From positions 1 through 39,803 of the forward strand of contig JANOQV010000301.1 of the NCBI GenBank assembly GCA_031414955.1: 39,803 bases of DNA, given 5' to 3'. Both the position numbers and the translations under genes were made by a program. Positions 10,758 through 20,546 of the stretch are shown here, piece by piece. Each line of letters begins with the position of its first letter. Position 1 is the stretch's first letter. The notes beneath the pieces were generated by a model. It did no database searches, was not told the DNA's origin, and saw nothing but the letters and a program-made list of their open reading frames with translations. The DNA is from Pedosphaera sp. (GTDB taxonomy: Bacteria; Verrucomicrobiota; Verrucomicrobiia; Limisphaerales; SIBH01).

Positions 10758-13424
10758 ATGTTCGACTCACGACGTTGTTCCACTCTGCTGGCCGGTTTGC
10801 TGGTTTTTGGTGCCGTGGTTTCAGTTCGCGCTCAAGTGCGCGGCAACGGTTACCTCGACACCGCTTTCACCGCGCCTTGTTTCGCCAATGCCGCGAGTAA
10901 CTTGCTGCCGCGCGCGCTGCTCGTATTGCCCGATGGGAAGACTCTGGTCGGCGGCCATTTTTCCGTCCCGTCCGCCTGTGCCAATGGGATCACTCGTCTG
11001 GGCACCAATGGCGTGACCGATGCTAGATTTGTCTCACCGCTGCTGGCCGGCAATTTTGTCACCTGCATCGGCACGCAATCAAGCGGCAGAATCATCATCG
11101 GCGGGTTCCTCAGCGCACCTGGGTCCAGTTTTCCCGTCGCCCGAATCGGCACCAATGGGCCTCTGGACCCCGCCTTCAGTGTTTACTCGGCGGCCCCGCT
11201 GGTGGCCAACGCTCTCGTCGTGCAGCCCAACGACAAAATCGTCGCGGTCGGGGTGGGCGCGAACTCGAACAGCTTCATCGCCCGGTTTCACGTCCATGGC
11301 TCGCTCGACACAAATTTCGCCAACGGCTTCACGAGCGGAACCAGCGCCAACGGGCGCGGCCTTTCTGCGGTGGCCTGGCAAAATTCCAAGATCATCGTGG
11401 GCGGTTCCTTCACCTTCTACTCCGACGGCGTGCTGGCCAGAAATCGCTACGGCCTGGCCTGGCTCGACGAGGCGGGCCGGCTCGATCCGCTCCTGGTCGG
11501 TCCCCTGACCAACGCCGACGTGCGGGCCATCTTGCTCCAACCCGATGGCAAGGTTCTGGTGGCGGGACAATTCGAAATCAATGGCCAGGCCAATCTCTGC
11601 CTCACGCGGTTGCACGACAATGGCAGTCGCGATCTCAGTTTCACCAGTCTGAACGGCCTCGGCACGGTTGGCTTGTCCCTGGCGCTGCAATCCGATGGGA
11701 AGATTCTGCTCGGCCATTCTTACGGCGTGATGCGCCTGACCACGAATGGCGCTGTGGATGCCAGCTTCGGCCCGCGGGATGCCTTCGGGTTTCTCGGCAC
11801 GGATGCCACCACGGCTACCGCGCTCGCCTTGAATCCCGGCGGACATCTGCTCGTGGCGGCAAGCCGCGTCGGGGCGAACACGACTCAGCGTCGCGGTGTG
11901 GCCCGCCTGTTTGCCGGCCTTCCGCCTCCGCCAGTGATCACTCATCAGCCCCAAGCGCAGACCGTCTTTGCCGGGACGAATGCGACCTTCTCCGTCATTG
12001 CCACCGGCGCTCCGCCCATTTTTTACAGGTGGCGCAAGAACGGCGTGTCTATTCCAGGTGCCACCAACTCCACCTTGGTCCTGTCCAACGTCCACTCGCC
12101 GGACACCGCCAACTACACCGTCCTCTGCGCCAACTCCGGCGGTGCCACCACGAGCCTGGTGGCCCGACTGACGGTGGAGTTCTTCACCAGCCCGCTGTTT
12201 ATCATCACCAATGGTCTGGGCGCGGTGTTGCCCAACTTGACAAGGAGTGAACTGGAAATCGGCCGCATCTACACCGTCACGGCCCGTCCAGTGGTTGGTA
12301 ATTTGTTTAGCAACTGGATGGGTGCCGTCACCTCGTCCGATCCGACGATCAGTTTTACCATGGAGTCAAATCTCACCCTGATCGTCAATTTCGTGCCCAG
12401 CCCCTTCCTGCCGATCCAAGGCTCGTATCGCGGGCTGTTCTTCGACACCAACGCCCTCGCCATCACGAATGCCCCCGGACACAACAGTGCCGGCGCGTTT
12501 TCGCTCCGACTCGACGGTAAGGGCGGATTCCAGGGCATCGTGAAACAGGGCGCGCGGCGGCGGAAGTTCACCGGCAAATTTTCCCTGGAACATGTGGCGC
12601 TGGTGGCGCTGCCGGCCACCACGCGCAATCCGGCGCTGACCCTCGCGCTGGAGATCGATGTCGCGAATGCCATTATCAGCGGCACGGTTTCCAACGCCAC
12701 GTTCAGTTCAGCCCTGTTCGCGCTGCGGGCACCCTTCTCCTCACGCACCAATCCTGCTCCCAACGTCGGAAGTTATCGCGCTGCCTTTCCCGGCGCGGAT
12801 GATCCGTCCCTTGCGCCTTTTGGCGATGGCTTCATGTCTTTTGTCGTCAGCACTTCGGGACGCATCTCCGGCCGGGGCACGGTGGCCGATGGTTCCGCCT
12901 TCACCCTGCTCACCACGGTGCTTTCCAATACTTACACTCCGGTTTACGTCTCGCTCTATCGCGGCGGCGGCTCGCTCTTTGGCTGGCTTACCGCGACCAA
13001 CGGCGAGGTCAACGACGTCGCGGGCACGCTCTGGTGGATCAAGCCCGGCACCGTGGGCGGATCGCGTTACGCGGGCGGTTTCTCGAATCAGATCGAAGTG
13101 ATCGGCTCGCGTTACGTCGCACCGGCGACCGGCACGCCTGCGCTCAACCTCAGCAACGACCTGGTCATCATTAGCGGAGGCGACTTGGCTGTGCCCTTCA
13201 CCAATTTCGTCACGCTCGGGGAGGACAACAAGATCCTCGGCGACAACTCGCTCTCGCTCACCCTGTCACTGCGCCAGGGTTCGTTGAGCGGATCGTTCCT
13301 CGACCCAATCACCGCCAGCAAGCGCACGGTGCGGGGAACGGTGCTGCAAAAACAGAACCAGGCCCGTGGATTCTTCCTCGGCCCGGTCCAGAGCGGCCGG
13401 GTGTGGATTGGCCCCTTGGATTAA
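10758..13424 (+). CDS. Secreted delta-60 repeat (DUF5122 beta-propeller) protein with Ig domain, B-repeat-like segment and uncharacterised C-terminal domain
   Basis: Signal peptide; repeated (Q/L)PDGK(I/V)LV.G and G.LD..F; PVITHQPQAQTV..F.V.A.G..Y.W.KNG; FSNW.G..F.M..NLTL..NF. Confidence 0.88.
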   Translation: MFDSRRCSTLLAGLLVFGAVVSVRAQVRGNGYLDTAFTAPCFANAASNLLPRALLVLPDGKTLVGGHFSVPSACANGITRLGTNGVTDARFVSPLLAGNFVTCIGTQSSGRIIIGGFLSAPGSSFPVARIGTNGPLDPAFSVYSAAPLVANALVVQPNDKIVAVGVGANSNSFIARFHVHGSLDTNFANGFTSGTSANGRGLSAVAWQNSKIIVGGSFTFYSDGVLARNRYGLAWLDEAGRLDPLLVGPLTNADVRAILLQPDGKVLVAGQFEINGQANLCLTRLHDNGSRDLSFTSLNGLGTVGLSLALQSDGKILLGHSYGVMRLTTNGAVDASFGPRDAFGFLGTDATTATALALNPGGHLLVAASRVGANTTQRRGVARLFAGLPPPPVITHQPQAQTVFAGTNATFSVIATGAPPIFYRWRKNGVSIPGATNSTLVLSNVHSPDTANYTVLCANSGGATTSLVARLTVEFFTSPLFIITNGLGAVLPNLTRSELEIGRIYTVTARPVVGNLFSNWMGAVTSSDPTISFTMESNLTLIVNFVPSPFLPIQGSYRGLFFDTNALAITNAPGHNSAGAFSLRLDGKGGFQGIVKQGARRRKFTGKFSLEHVALVALPATTRNPALTLALEIDVANAIISGTVSNATFSSALFALRAPFSSRTNPAPNVGSYRAAFPGADDPSLAPFGDGFMSFVVSTSGRISGRGTVADGSAFTLLTTVLSNTYTPVYVSLYRGGGSLFGWLTATNGEVNDVAGTLWWIKPGTVGGSRYAGGFSNQIEVIGSRYVAPATGTPALNLSNDLVIISGGDLAVPFTNFVTLGEDNKILGDNSLSLTLSLRQGSLSGSFLDPITASKRTVRGTVLQKQNQARGFFLGPVQSGRVWIGPLD

Positions 13425-13426
13425 GT

Positions 13427-13474
13427 CCAGCCCAGCCCCGATGGCCCGGCGGTTTTCCCCGGTGGCTGGGCTGG
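13427..13474 (+). terminator. Inverted repeat, possible terminator or mRNA-stabilising hairpin
   Basis: CCAGCCCAGCC (13427-13437) pairs with GGCTGGGCTGG (13464-13474) just after the stop; no strong U tract. Confidence 0.4.
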
Positions 13475-13520
13475 TTCGTGATCGTGGACAAGCGCAGGGC
13501 GTTTCGCTCATGCTCGGCCC

Positions 13521-14675
13521 ATGAAACACCTGACTCTGCTGGCGCTCGCCGCCACTGCGATCACCCTTCACGCGGCGGACAAGGACGGCTTCGTCCCCCT
13601 CTTCAACGGCCGCGACTTGACCGGCTGGACGAACATCAATTGCGCGCCGGAGACGTGGACGGTGCGGGAAGGCGCGATTCATTGCACCGGCCGGCCGGTG
13701 GGCGCGTTGCGTACGCTGCGGCACTACGAGAACTTCATCCTGGAGGCGGAGTGGCGGCATCTGAGCAGCGGGGGAAACTCCGGCATCTTCATGTGGGGCA
13801 CGCCGATTAGCGCGCCGGGGGTTCCGTTCCTGCGTGGCGTCGAGGTGCAGGTGCTGGACCACGGTTACGCCACGCAATACGAGAAAGCCAACGGCAAGAA
13901 GTCCGACTGGTTCACCACGCACGGCGACGTGTTTCCGATTCATGGTGCGACCATGAAACCGTTTGGCCCGCATCGCGGCGACCGCAGTTTCCCGACCGAG
14001 GAGCGGAGCAAGCCGTCGCCGGAGTGGAATCACTACCGCATCGTGGGATCGAACGGCGTGCTGCGCCTGAGCGTGAATGGCAAGGAGGTAAGCGGAGGCG
14101 AGGATTGCAATTATCGCCAGGGCTACCTCGCCTTGGAGAGTGAAGGCGCGCCGGTGGAGTTCCGCAATTTGCGCCTCAAGGAATTGCCCACAAGTCATCC
14201 GGCCGCGAACCTGATCGCCCCGCTCGATCCAGGCTGGGTACCGCTCTACAACGGAGCGGACTTGCGCGGTTGGCGCAACGCGGAGGCCGCGAAAGTGCGC
14301 TGGCAGGTGAACGGCTGGCAACTGGCCTTGAAGCCGGGTGGCGCGGCAACGAGGCACACCCTCTGGACGGAGGCCGAATTTGCCGACGCAGAGTTCACGC
14401 TCGATGTGAAGCCAGGCAAGGACTCCACCGGCGACAATGCTCCGACGCTCGTCCTGCGGGGTCGCGAAGGGCAGGGGACGGAACTCCAACTCTCGGAAGC
14501 TGCGGTGGAAAAATGGACGCGCGTGCGGATCCAGACCAAGGGTAATGAGGCCGTGGTATTCGTCGGCGACAAAGAGGTGCGACGGGTTCCGGTCGCGGCG
14601 GCCCGCGGCGGGTTGGGGTTGAAGGACTCGGGCGCGGGCCTCGAGTTCGGCAACCTGCATGTGCGGTCCTGGTAG
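13521..14675 (+). CDS. Secreted DUF1080 (3-keto-disaccharide hydrolase-like) protein, one full and one degenerate domain
   Basis: Signal peptide; GFVPLFNGRDLTGW, YENFILEAEW, NSGIF, EVQVLD, EWNHYRI, GYLALESEG..FRNL; second copy WVPLYNGADLRGW. Confidence 0.9.
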   Translation: MKHLTLLALAATAITLHAADKDGFVPLFNGRDLTGWTNINCAPETWTVREGAIHCTGRPVGALRTLRHYENFILEAEWRHLSSGGNSGIFMWGTPISAPGVPFLRGVEVQVLDHGYATQYEKANGKKSDWFTTHGDVFPIHGATMKPFGPHRGDRSFPTEERSKPSPEWNHYRIVGSNGVLRLSVNGKEVSGGEDCNYRQGYLALESEGAPVEFRNLRLKELPTSHPAANLIAPLDPGWVPLYNGADLRGWRNAEAAKVRWQVNGWQLALKPGGAATRHTLWTEAEFADAEFTLDVKPGKDSTGDNAPTLVLRGREGQGTELQLSEAAVEKWTRVRIQTKGNEAVVFVGDKEVRRVPVAAARGGLGLKDSGAGLEFGNLHVRSW

Positions 14676-14873
14676 ATCTGAACTTGGAACTCCGCCAGAA
14701 GCGCAAAAGCTGAATGCACTTTTATCAGCCCGGCTCTGCCGCGCGCGCTTTTCCGCCGCCCAAGCAAGCCCGCTGCAGAAGTTCGGATTGCGAGAACCCG
14801 GTTTGCCCCGCCTGGCCCGTCGGTATTTCCAGCAAAGGATTGCCTCGCCCTCAACCGGGGAATACACATCGAC

Positions 14874-16064
14874 ATGCGTGGGATGGCAAAGCAAGCCTGG
14901 CGGCTGATGGGTGCGATGACGCTCCTTTCCCTGCCAGCCTCGGCGCAGATTGATCCCTCGCGCCGGCAGCTTCTTCAACTCGGTTATGACGCGCCCTTTG
15001 TCGGACACGCGCCGCTGGCCGGATATGTTTTCTACTACCTGAACCATCCGGAGTTTTATCGCGATGATCTCACGATGCGCATGGCCATCGCGCCCGTGTA
15101 CTTCGATTCCGAACTGGGAGTGGCCCATGCCTTGGGACCGAACACCGATCTCGGCCTCGGCCTGGCCGGCGGCGGATTTGCCGACAGCTACAACGAGGTG
15201 CGGCAGGGTGTTTACCATGCCGATGAGTCCTTCGATGGACATGGTGGCAGCGCGTCCCTGAGCCTCTATCATCGATGCAACCCCAATCAACTCATCCCGC
15301 TCTACGCCGTCCTCCGAGGCGGGGCGCACTATTCGACCTACACCGACCGGGAAAGCACGGACGGACGGTTTGGTCTGCCGGAAGATCATACCTCAGCCAA
15401 TTTTCGCGTCGGGCTGCGGTTGGGGGGGAAGGAGCCGGTGCTGTTTCCCACCGTGGCCATGGAACTCTCAGTCTGGGCCGAATCATTAAACCGCAGCTCT
15501 TCCGGCCGCTATGGTTTCGACAACGATCGCGCGGTCCATGCCTCGGCCCAACTTTTCTACAGCCACGCTTACCTCGCCTACACTTTCGACCGTGGTGACT
15601 ATTTCGCCATTGGCCTGACGACAGGCACGAGCGTGAAGGCGGACCGGTTCAGCGCCTACCGCCTCGGCGGCGTGCTGCCATTGTCCGCTGAGTATCCGCT
15701 CGTCATTCCTGGTTACTATTTTCAGGAACTCAGCGCCGACCGCTTCATTCTCTTCAACGGACAGTATGCTCATTCCTTCGGTGAACAGAAACGGTGGCAA
15801 TTGACCGCGATGGCGGCGACGGCGGTGGTGAACTACATCGACGGCCACGAACAGCCCGGGCGCTGGCATTCGGGCGTGGGGGGCGGCATCGCCTATCAGT
15901 CGGAATCCGAGGTGTGGAAGGCCGGGCTGAACTACGGATTCGGCATCGACGCCCGGCGTGAAGGTGCCCGCGGCGCGCATGTCATCACCTTCGTGCTCCA
16001 GTTCGATCTCGAGAAATATCTGAACAAGCAGAGCAGCCGGCCGTTCCCGTGGGGATTCTTCTGA
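14874..16064 (+). CDS. Secreted hypothetical protein, probable outer-membrane beta-barrel
   Basis: Signal peptide ending ASA; alternating aromatic/Gly beta strands; VLQFDL near the C terminus; alternative start 14883. Confidence 0.7.
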   Translation: MRGMAKQAWRLMGAMTLLSLPASAQIDPSRRQLLQLGYDAPFVGHAPLAGYVFYYLNHPEFYRDDLTMRMAIAPVYFDSELGVAHALGPNTDLGLGLAGGGFADSYNEVRQGVYHADESFDGHGGSASLSLYHRCNPNQLIPLYAVLRGGAHYSTYTDRESTDGRFGLPEDHTSANFRVGLRLGGKEPVLFPTVAMELSVWAESLNRSSSGRYGFDNDRAVHASAQLFYSHAYLAYTFDRGDYFAIGLTTGTSVKADRFSAYRLGGVLPLSAEYPLVIPGYYFQELSADRFILFNGQYAHSFGEQKRWQLTAMAATAVVNYIDGHEQPGRWHSGVGGGIAYQSESEVWKAGLNYGFGIDARREGARGAHVITFVLQFDLEKYLNKQSSRPFPWGFF

Positions 16065-16070
16065 GCGACG

Positions 16071-16098
16071 GAACGCGGACCACCGAGTCCGCGAGTTC
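16071..16098. terminator. Hairpin between convergent genes (end of nuo operon)
   Basis: CGCGGAC (16074-80) / GTCCGCG (16087-93), extendable by GAA/TTC across a 2-nt bulge. Confidence 0.4.
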
Positions 16099-16104
16099 AT
16101 CGAA

Positions 16105-17637
16105 CTACCGCTGCGCCACCGCCGCGCCGGCCTCGCTCAACGCGTTCAACGATTGCGTGGCCTCCGTGCAGAGTTTGAGCAGCGGCTGCGGATAGAGGCC
16201 GATGAACAGGATGCCCGCCAGGCAGACCACCAACGCCAGCCTCGTGGGGAGCGGCACCGTAATCGACGACACGTCCGGCACATCCTTCGACCAGTAAATC
16301 GTACGGATGACACCGAAGTAGTAATAGAGCGAAACGACCACGCCGATGATGGCCACGCCCGCGAGCCAGTAGTAGCCGTGCAACCGCGGGCCTTCCTCGA
16401 CGATCGATTTGAGCAGGAGAAACTTCCCGAAGAAGCCAGCCAGCGGCGGAATGCCCGCGAGTGAAACCAGCGCCACGGTCATCGCGGCGGCGAGGAACGG
16501 CGAACGGCGGTTCAGTCCGGCCAACATCGTGATGTCGTCCGCGTCGGCTTTGCGCGACACGATGGAAATGACCGTGAACGCGGCGATGACCGTGAACAGA
16601 TAGCCCGCGAGGTAATAGAGGATCGCCGTGGAGCCAGCGCGCGTCGCCGCCGCCACGCCCATCAACAGATAGCCCGCGTGCGCGATGCTCGAGTAGCCAA
16701 GCAGGCGCTTGAGGTTCCGCTGCGGAATCGCGCAGAGGTTGCCGTAGAGAATCGTCAGCGCGGACAGCACGATGATGAATTTCTCCCAGTGCGCCGTCAC
16801 CGTCACGTCCGGGAATGCGGTGAAGAAAACGCGGAGCAGCAACACGATGCCGGCGGCCTTCGAGCCGACGGCCAGAAACGCCGTCGTGGGCGCAGGCGAA
16901 CCTTGATACACGTCCGGTGCCCAGATCTGGAACGGCACGGCGGCGATCTTGAACCCAAGCCCCGCCATGATGAGCAGCAGACCGGCAATGAGCGTCTTCG
17001 GCACTGCGTTGTGCTCAGTGACGTATTTCACATACTGCGCGAGCTCGTTGAAGTTCATCCCGTTGATCGCCTGATTCGCGATGACCGTCGTGGCCGTGCC
17101 ATAAACCAGCGCGATGCCGAAAACCGTGAAGCCCGTCGAGAGTCCGCCAATGACGAGATACTTCACGCCCGCCTCCAGTGATTGAACCTTGTTCCGCTGA
17201 AAACTGGTCAGCACGTAGAACGTGACCGTGATGAGTTCGAGTGAGACGAAGAGCAGCACAAAGTCGTTGGCCGACGAGGCGAACATCATGCCCGAGAGCG
17301 CGAACAGGATGAGCGAATAGTATTCCGAGATGCCGGCCTCAATGCGGTCGGCGAACTCAGCGGCCATGATCAGCACGAGCACGGCGGCGACGAGGAAGAA
17401 GCGTTTGAAGAACAGGGCCAGCGGATCGAGCACGTAGCTCTTGCCGGCTGCGAATTGCGCCTCGCCCAGATTCGCGAAGGAGCCAAGGAACGAGCCGGCA
17501 AAGATGCACGCGACGCTCAGCGCGGCGGCGTAGCCGAGCTGGCGCTTGTGCTGCGGCGCGGTCCACAGGTCGAGCAGCAGAGTGCCCAGTCCGGCCAGGA
17601 CCACCGCGATTTCCAGACTCATCAAGGATGCGTTCAT
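16105..17637 (-). CDS. nuoN: NADH-quinone oxidoreductase subunit N
   Basis: EAGVKYL, GLGFKIAAVPFQIWAPDVYQGSP, KRLLGYSSIAHAGY, SLAGIPPLAGFFGK; alternative TTG start 17646. Confidence 0.96.
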   Translation of the reverse strand: MNASLMSLEIAVVLAGLGTLLLDLWTAPQHKRQLGYAAALSVACIFAGSFLGSFANLGEAQFAAGKSYVLDPLALFFKRFFLVAAVLVLIMAAEFADRIEAGISEYYSLILFALSGMMFASSANDFVLLFVSLELITVTFYVLTSFQRNKVQSLEAGVKYLVIGGLSTGFTVFGIALVYGTATTVIANQAINGMNFNELAQYVKYVTEHNAVPKTLIAGLLLIMAGLGFKIAAVPFQIWAPDVYQGSPAPTTAFLAVGSKAAGIVLLLRVFFTAFPDVTVTAHWEKFIIVLSALTILYGNLCAIPQRNLKRLLGYSSIAHAGYLLMGVAAATRAGSTAILYYLAGYLFTVIAAFTVISIVSRKADADDITMLAGLNRRSPFLAAAMTVALVSLAGIPPLAGFFGKFLLLKSIVEEGPRLHGYYWLAGVAIIGVVVSLYYYFGVIRTIYWSKDVPDVSSITVPLPTRLALVVCLAGILFIGLYPQPLLKLCTEATQSLNALSEAGAAVAQR

Positions 17638-17638
17638 G

Positions 17639-18031
17639 TCATTCAATGCTCGTGACGTGCGGATACTTTCGGATGCGCCCGTCCGTGGTGACGACAGGAC
17701 AGTTGTTCAGCCGCGCGTGTGCCACGACCAGCCGGTCAATCGGATTGTCATGCAAGCCTTCCGGCAGGGAGTCTGCGGCCTCAATTAAAGACACGCCGAT
17801 GGGCACCACCGACCAATTGAACCGGGTAACGTGAAACTGAAACCACTCCGGCCACGGGCGATCCAATTGGAGCCGCTGCCGTCGGCAGGCGCAGGCGATT
17901 TCCCACGCGCTGACCGCCAGCACTTCCACTTCGGAGGAAGGATTCTCCAAATTGCGGCGCAACGATTCGCTCAACCGCTGCGGGGTGAGCGACAGAAAGA
18001 TGACAGCGCAGGTGTCGAGGACGAATTTCAC
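17639..18031 (-). CDS. vapC: PIN-domain (VapC-type) toxin
   Basis: VLDT..SAWEI..HDNPIDRLVVAHA..VVTTD; GTG start overlaps antitoxin stop. Confidence 0.9.
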   Translation of the reverse strand: MKFVLDTCAVIFLSLTPQRLSESLRRNLENPSSEVEVLAVSAWEIACACRRQRLQLDRPWPEWFQFHVTRFNWSVVPIGVSLIEAADSLPEGLHDNPIDRLVVAHARLNNCPVVTTDGRIRKYPHVTSIE

Positions 18032-18279
18032 GGGAAACTTTTGCCGGTGAGCATGTCCCAATCGCCTTGGGGAATCAGCGGCTCATCCACCGGGCCGAGA
18101 ATTTTCCCCGTGCCCGTGCCAGAGCCGAACTTGGCGCGGGTTTGTGTTCCGGCCACGGGCACGAGCTTCGCGACCGGCACGCTCTCCTTCATGACCACCA
18201 CTTCATCGCCGCGCTGCACGGCGGCGAGATGCTCGGCCAGGTGGCTTCCGAATTCAGCAATGGTCGCGGTCTTTGTCAT
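18028..18279 (-). CDS. Phd/YefM family antitoxin
   Basis: TIAEFGSHLAEHLAAVQRGDEVVVMK..PVAKLVP; directly upstream of the PIN gene. Confidence 0.88.
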   Translation of the reverse strand: MTKTATIAEFGSHLAEHLAAVQRGDEVVVMKESVPVAKLVPVAGTQTRAKFGSGTGTGKILGPVDEPLIPQGDWDMLTGKSFP

Positions 18280-18291
18280 GGCGGCACCGTA

Positions 18292-19836
18292 TCAGTCGCG
18301 CGGCGTGGCGGCGAGCGCGGGTTTGCTGGCGGCGTCAAGGGTTGCGGCTTTCGTTGGCGCGCTGGTCATCGCCACGATCTCCTTCACCGCAGGTTCAATC
18401 TTGTTCGTGAGCAAACGCGGCGCGATGCCGAAGACCAGCAGCGCCACGAGCAGCAGTGCGAAGGGCACTTTGCGCCACAGGCTTGCGTCACTAACCACCG
18501 GGAGATTTTCCGCCACGGGGCCGTGCAGGATATTCCGCACCGCGCGCAGCATGTAGATCGCCCCCACGACCAGCGCGCCCCACGCGGCGATGACCACCCA
18601 CGGAGAAAGTGTCTTCCACGCACCGAACATCACGAGCAGTTCGCCGGGGAAATTCGCGAAGCCGGGCAGGCCGCAGCCGGCCATCGCCGCCATGATCAGC
18701 GCGCTGCCGATGAAGGGCATCTTCTTGAGCAGTCCGCCGAGTTTGCTGATCTCCAGCGTGCCGGTTTGTTCGTTCAAGTAGCCGCTCAGGCCGAAACTCA
18801 GAGCCGCGAGCAGGCCATGCGCAATCATCACGAGCACCGTGCCGGTGATGCCGATGACGCTCAGGCTGGCGAGGCCGAGGAAGCAGAAACCCATGTGCGC
18901 CACGCTGGAATTGCCGAGCAGGAAATTAAAGTCGCGCTGCCGCATCGCCACCCAGCCGCAGTAAAGGATGTTGCCCAGCGCGAGCCACGCGATGAGATGC
19001 AGGTGAGCTTTGGCGACATCGGGTGCGAACGGAATCGCGATGCGGATGAGTCCGTAGAGTCCGAACTTCTTCAACACACCGGCATGCAGCATCGCTGTCG
19101 CGGCGGGCGCGGAGCCGTAGCCCAGCGGTGCCCAAGTGTGGAATGGGAACAGCGAGACCAAAATGCCGAAGCCAAAGAGCAGCAGCGGAAAGATGAACTT
19201 CTGTGATGCGACGGACAGCGGCGTGGTTTTCAAGAACGCCGTGAGTTGCACGATGTCGAACGTGCGCAGGCCGGACTGGAGATAGAGCGCGATGAGTCCG
19301 ACCAGCGCGATGAGCGCGCCCACGCTGAGATACATCGTGATCTGGAAGGTCGCGTAATTCTTCTGCTCCCCGCGTCCCCAGACGCCGATCATGATGAACG
19401 TCGGCACCAGCGCGAGTTCGTGGAACGCGTAGAAGAAGAACAGGTTGAGCGACGCGAACGCGCCGAGGATGCCACCCACCATCACGAGCAGCAGCAGGTA
19501 AAACATCTTGGCCTGCTTCTCGATGCGGTGCGAAACGCACGTCGCCGCGAACGCGACAATCGCGCCCATGAGCAGCAGGCCCACGTTGATGCCGTCCACG
19601 CCGACGTGATAGCTGATGCCGAGCGATTCCACCCACGGAGTCTTTTGCAGAAACTTGTAGCCATTCGTCGCCGTCGCGCTGTCGAACTTCGCGAACATCA
19701 CCACAGCCAGAATCATCGACACCAACGTGCTGCCCAACGCCACGAGGCGGATGACGAAGCGGTAGTCGCGCGGAATCAACGCGACGATCAGCGCTCCAAG
19801 GAAAGGGACGAGGATGATGTAGGTGAGGAGTGACAT
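18292..19836 (-). CDS. nuoM: NADH-quinone oxidoreductase subunit M
   Basis: YHVGVDG, FHELALVP, FPFHTWAP, LKKFGLYG, SSVAHMG, GLPGFANFPGE. Confidence 0.96.
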   Translation of the reverse strand: MSLLTYIILVPFLGALIVALIPRDYRFVIRLVALGSTLVSMILAVVMFAKFDSATATNGYKFLQKTPWVESLGISYHVGVDGINVGLLLMGAIVAFAATCVSHRIEKQAKMFYLLLLVMVGGILGAFASLNLFFFYAFHELALVPTFIMIGVWGRGEQKNYATFQITMYLSVGALIALVGLIALYLQSGLRTFDIVQLTAFLKTTPLSVASQKFIFPLLLFGFGILVSLFPFHTWAPLGYGSAPAATAMLHAGVLKKFGLYGLIRIAIPFAPDVAKAHLHLIAWLALGNILYCGWVAMRQRDFNFLLGNSSVAHMGFCFLGLASLSVIGITGTVLVMIAHGLLAALSFGLSGYLNEQTGTLEISKLGGLLKKMPFIGSALIMAAMAGCGLPGFANFPGELLVMFGAWKTLSPWVVIAAWGALVVGAIYMLRAVRNILHGPVAENLPVVSDASLWRKVPFALLLVALLVFGIAPRLLTNKIEPAVKEIVAMTSAPTKAATLDAASKPALAATPRD

Positions 19837-19839
19837 CGT

Positions 19840-20220
19840 TTAAGTGGCGGCGAGCTTTTGGATCGTGGCCTGCAAAAAATCGCGCGCGGCCTTTATGGTT
19901 TGCTTGGCTTCCTCATCGGTGACTGGCATGTCCGACTCGTAGTCGCCGGTCTGGCGCAAATTTTGCGCGTCAATCAGCGCGCGATGATGCGCCGGAGCCA
20001 TCTGCGCCGTGCGCGCGAACTCGACCCCGAACGCGCTGATCACGGCCTTGTGCGAGGAAAACGCCTGGCCGCGCTCCAGCAGCAAGGCTTCAGCAGCGTA
20101 AAACATCGCGTAGTAGGCGCGCGACGCCGCGAAGTCCGTATAGCCTTCCCGCAGCAATAGTTCGGATGCCGAGAGGCTTTTCTGGGCCTTGTTGATGAGG
20201 GCTTGCAGTTCCGGCTTCAC
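19840..20220 (-). CDS. HEPN domain protein (UPF0332-like)
   Basis: SRAYYAMFYAAEALL..SSHKAVISAF..LRQTGDY; GTGA overlap with MNT gene. Confidence 0.88.
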   Translation of the reverse strand: MKPELQALINKAQKSLSASELLLREGYTDFAASRAYYAMFYAAEALLLERGQAFSSHKAVISAFGVEFARTAQMAPAHHRALIDAQNLRQTGDYESDMPVTDEEAKQTIKAARDFLQATIQKLAAT

Positions 20221-20546
20221 AGCGGCACCGCCTCCCGTCGGACGTTGAGCAAGAATGGGCTGATGCCCTTTTTGAACCGTTCCTCAGACATGAACACACG
20301 AGAGATCACGGTCGCATGTTTGAGGCACAGATCGGAAATCGCCTCGGAGGTGCGCTCGCTCAACTTGTCCCTCTTCTCCTCGTCCCGCACCAGCACCAGC
20401 ACATCAATGTCTGAATCCGGCGTCTGCTCGCCGCGCGCGCAGGAGCCGTAGAGGTACGCGCCGACGAAATCGCCGCCCAGGCAGCGCACCAAGGCCGCGC
20501 GCACTTCGGGCAGAATCGTTTTCAAATCGTCAACGGTTCCGTTCAT
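20217..20546 (-). CDS. Minimal nucleotidyltransferase (MNT), putative antitoxin
   Basis: LYGSCARGEQTPDSDIDVLV (GSx10DxD); ATGA overlap with nuoL stop. Confidence 0.9.
   Translation of the reverse strand: MNGTVDDLKTILPEVRAALVRCLGGDFVGAYLYGSCARGEQTPDSDIDVLVLVRDEEKRDKLSERTSEAISDLCLKHATVISRVFMSEERFKKGISPFLLNVRREAVPL

Noticed and set aside
13266..15389. 707-aa minus-strand ORF
   Set aside because: Overlaps three well-supported plus-strand genes and has no protein-family features
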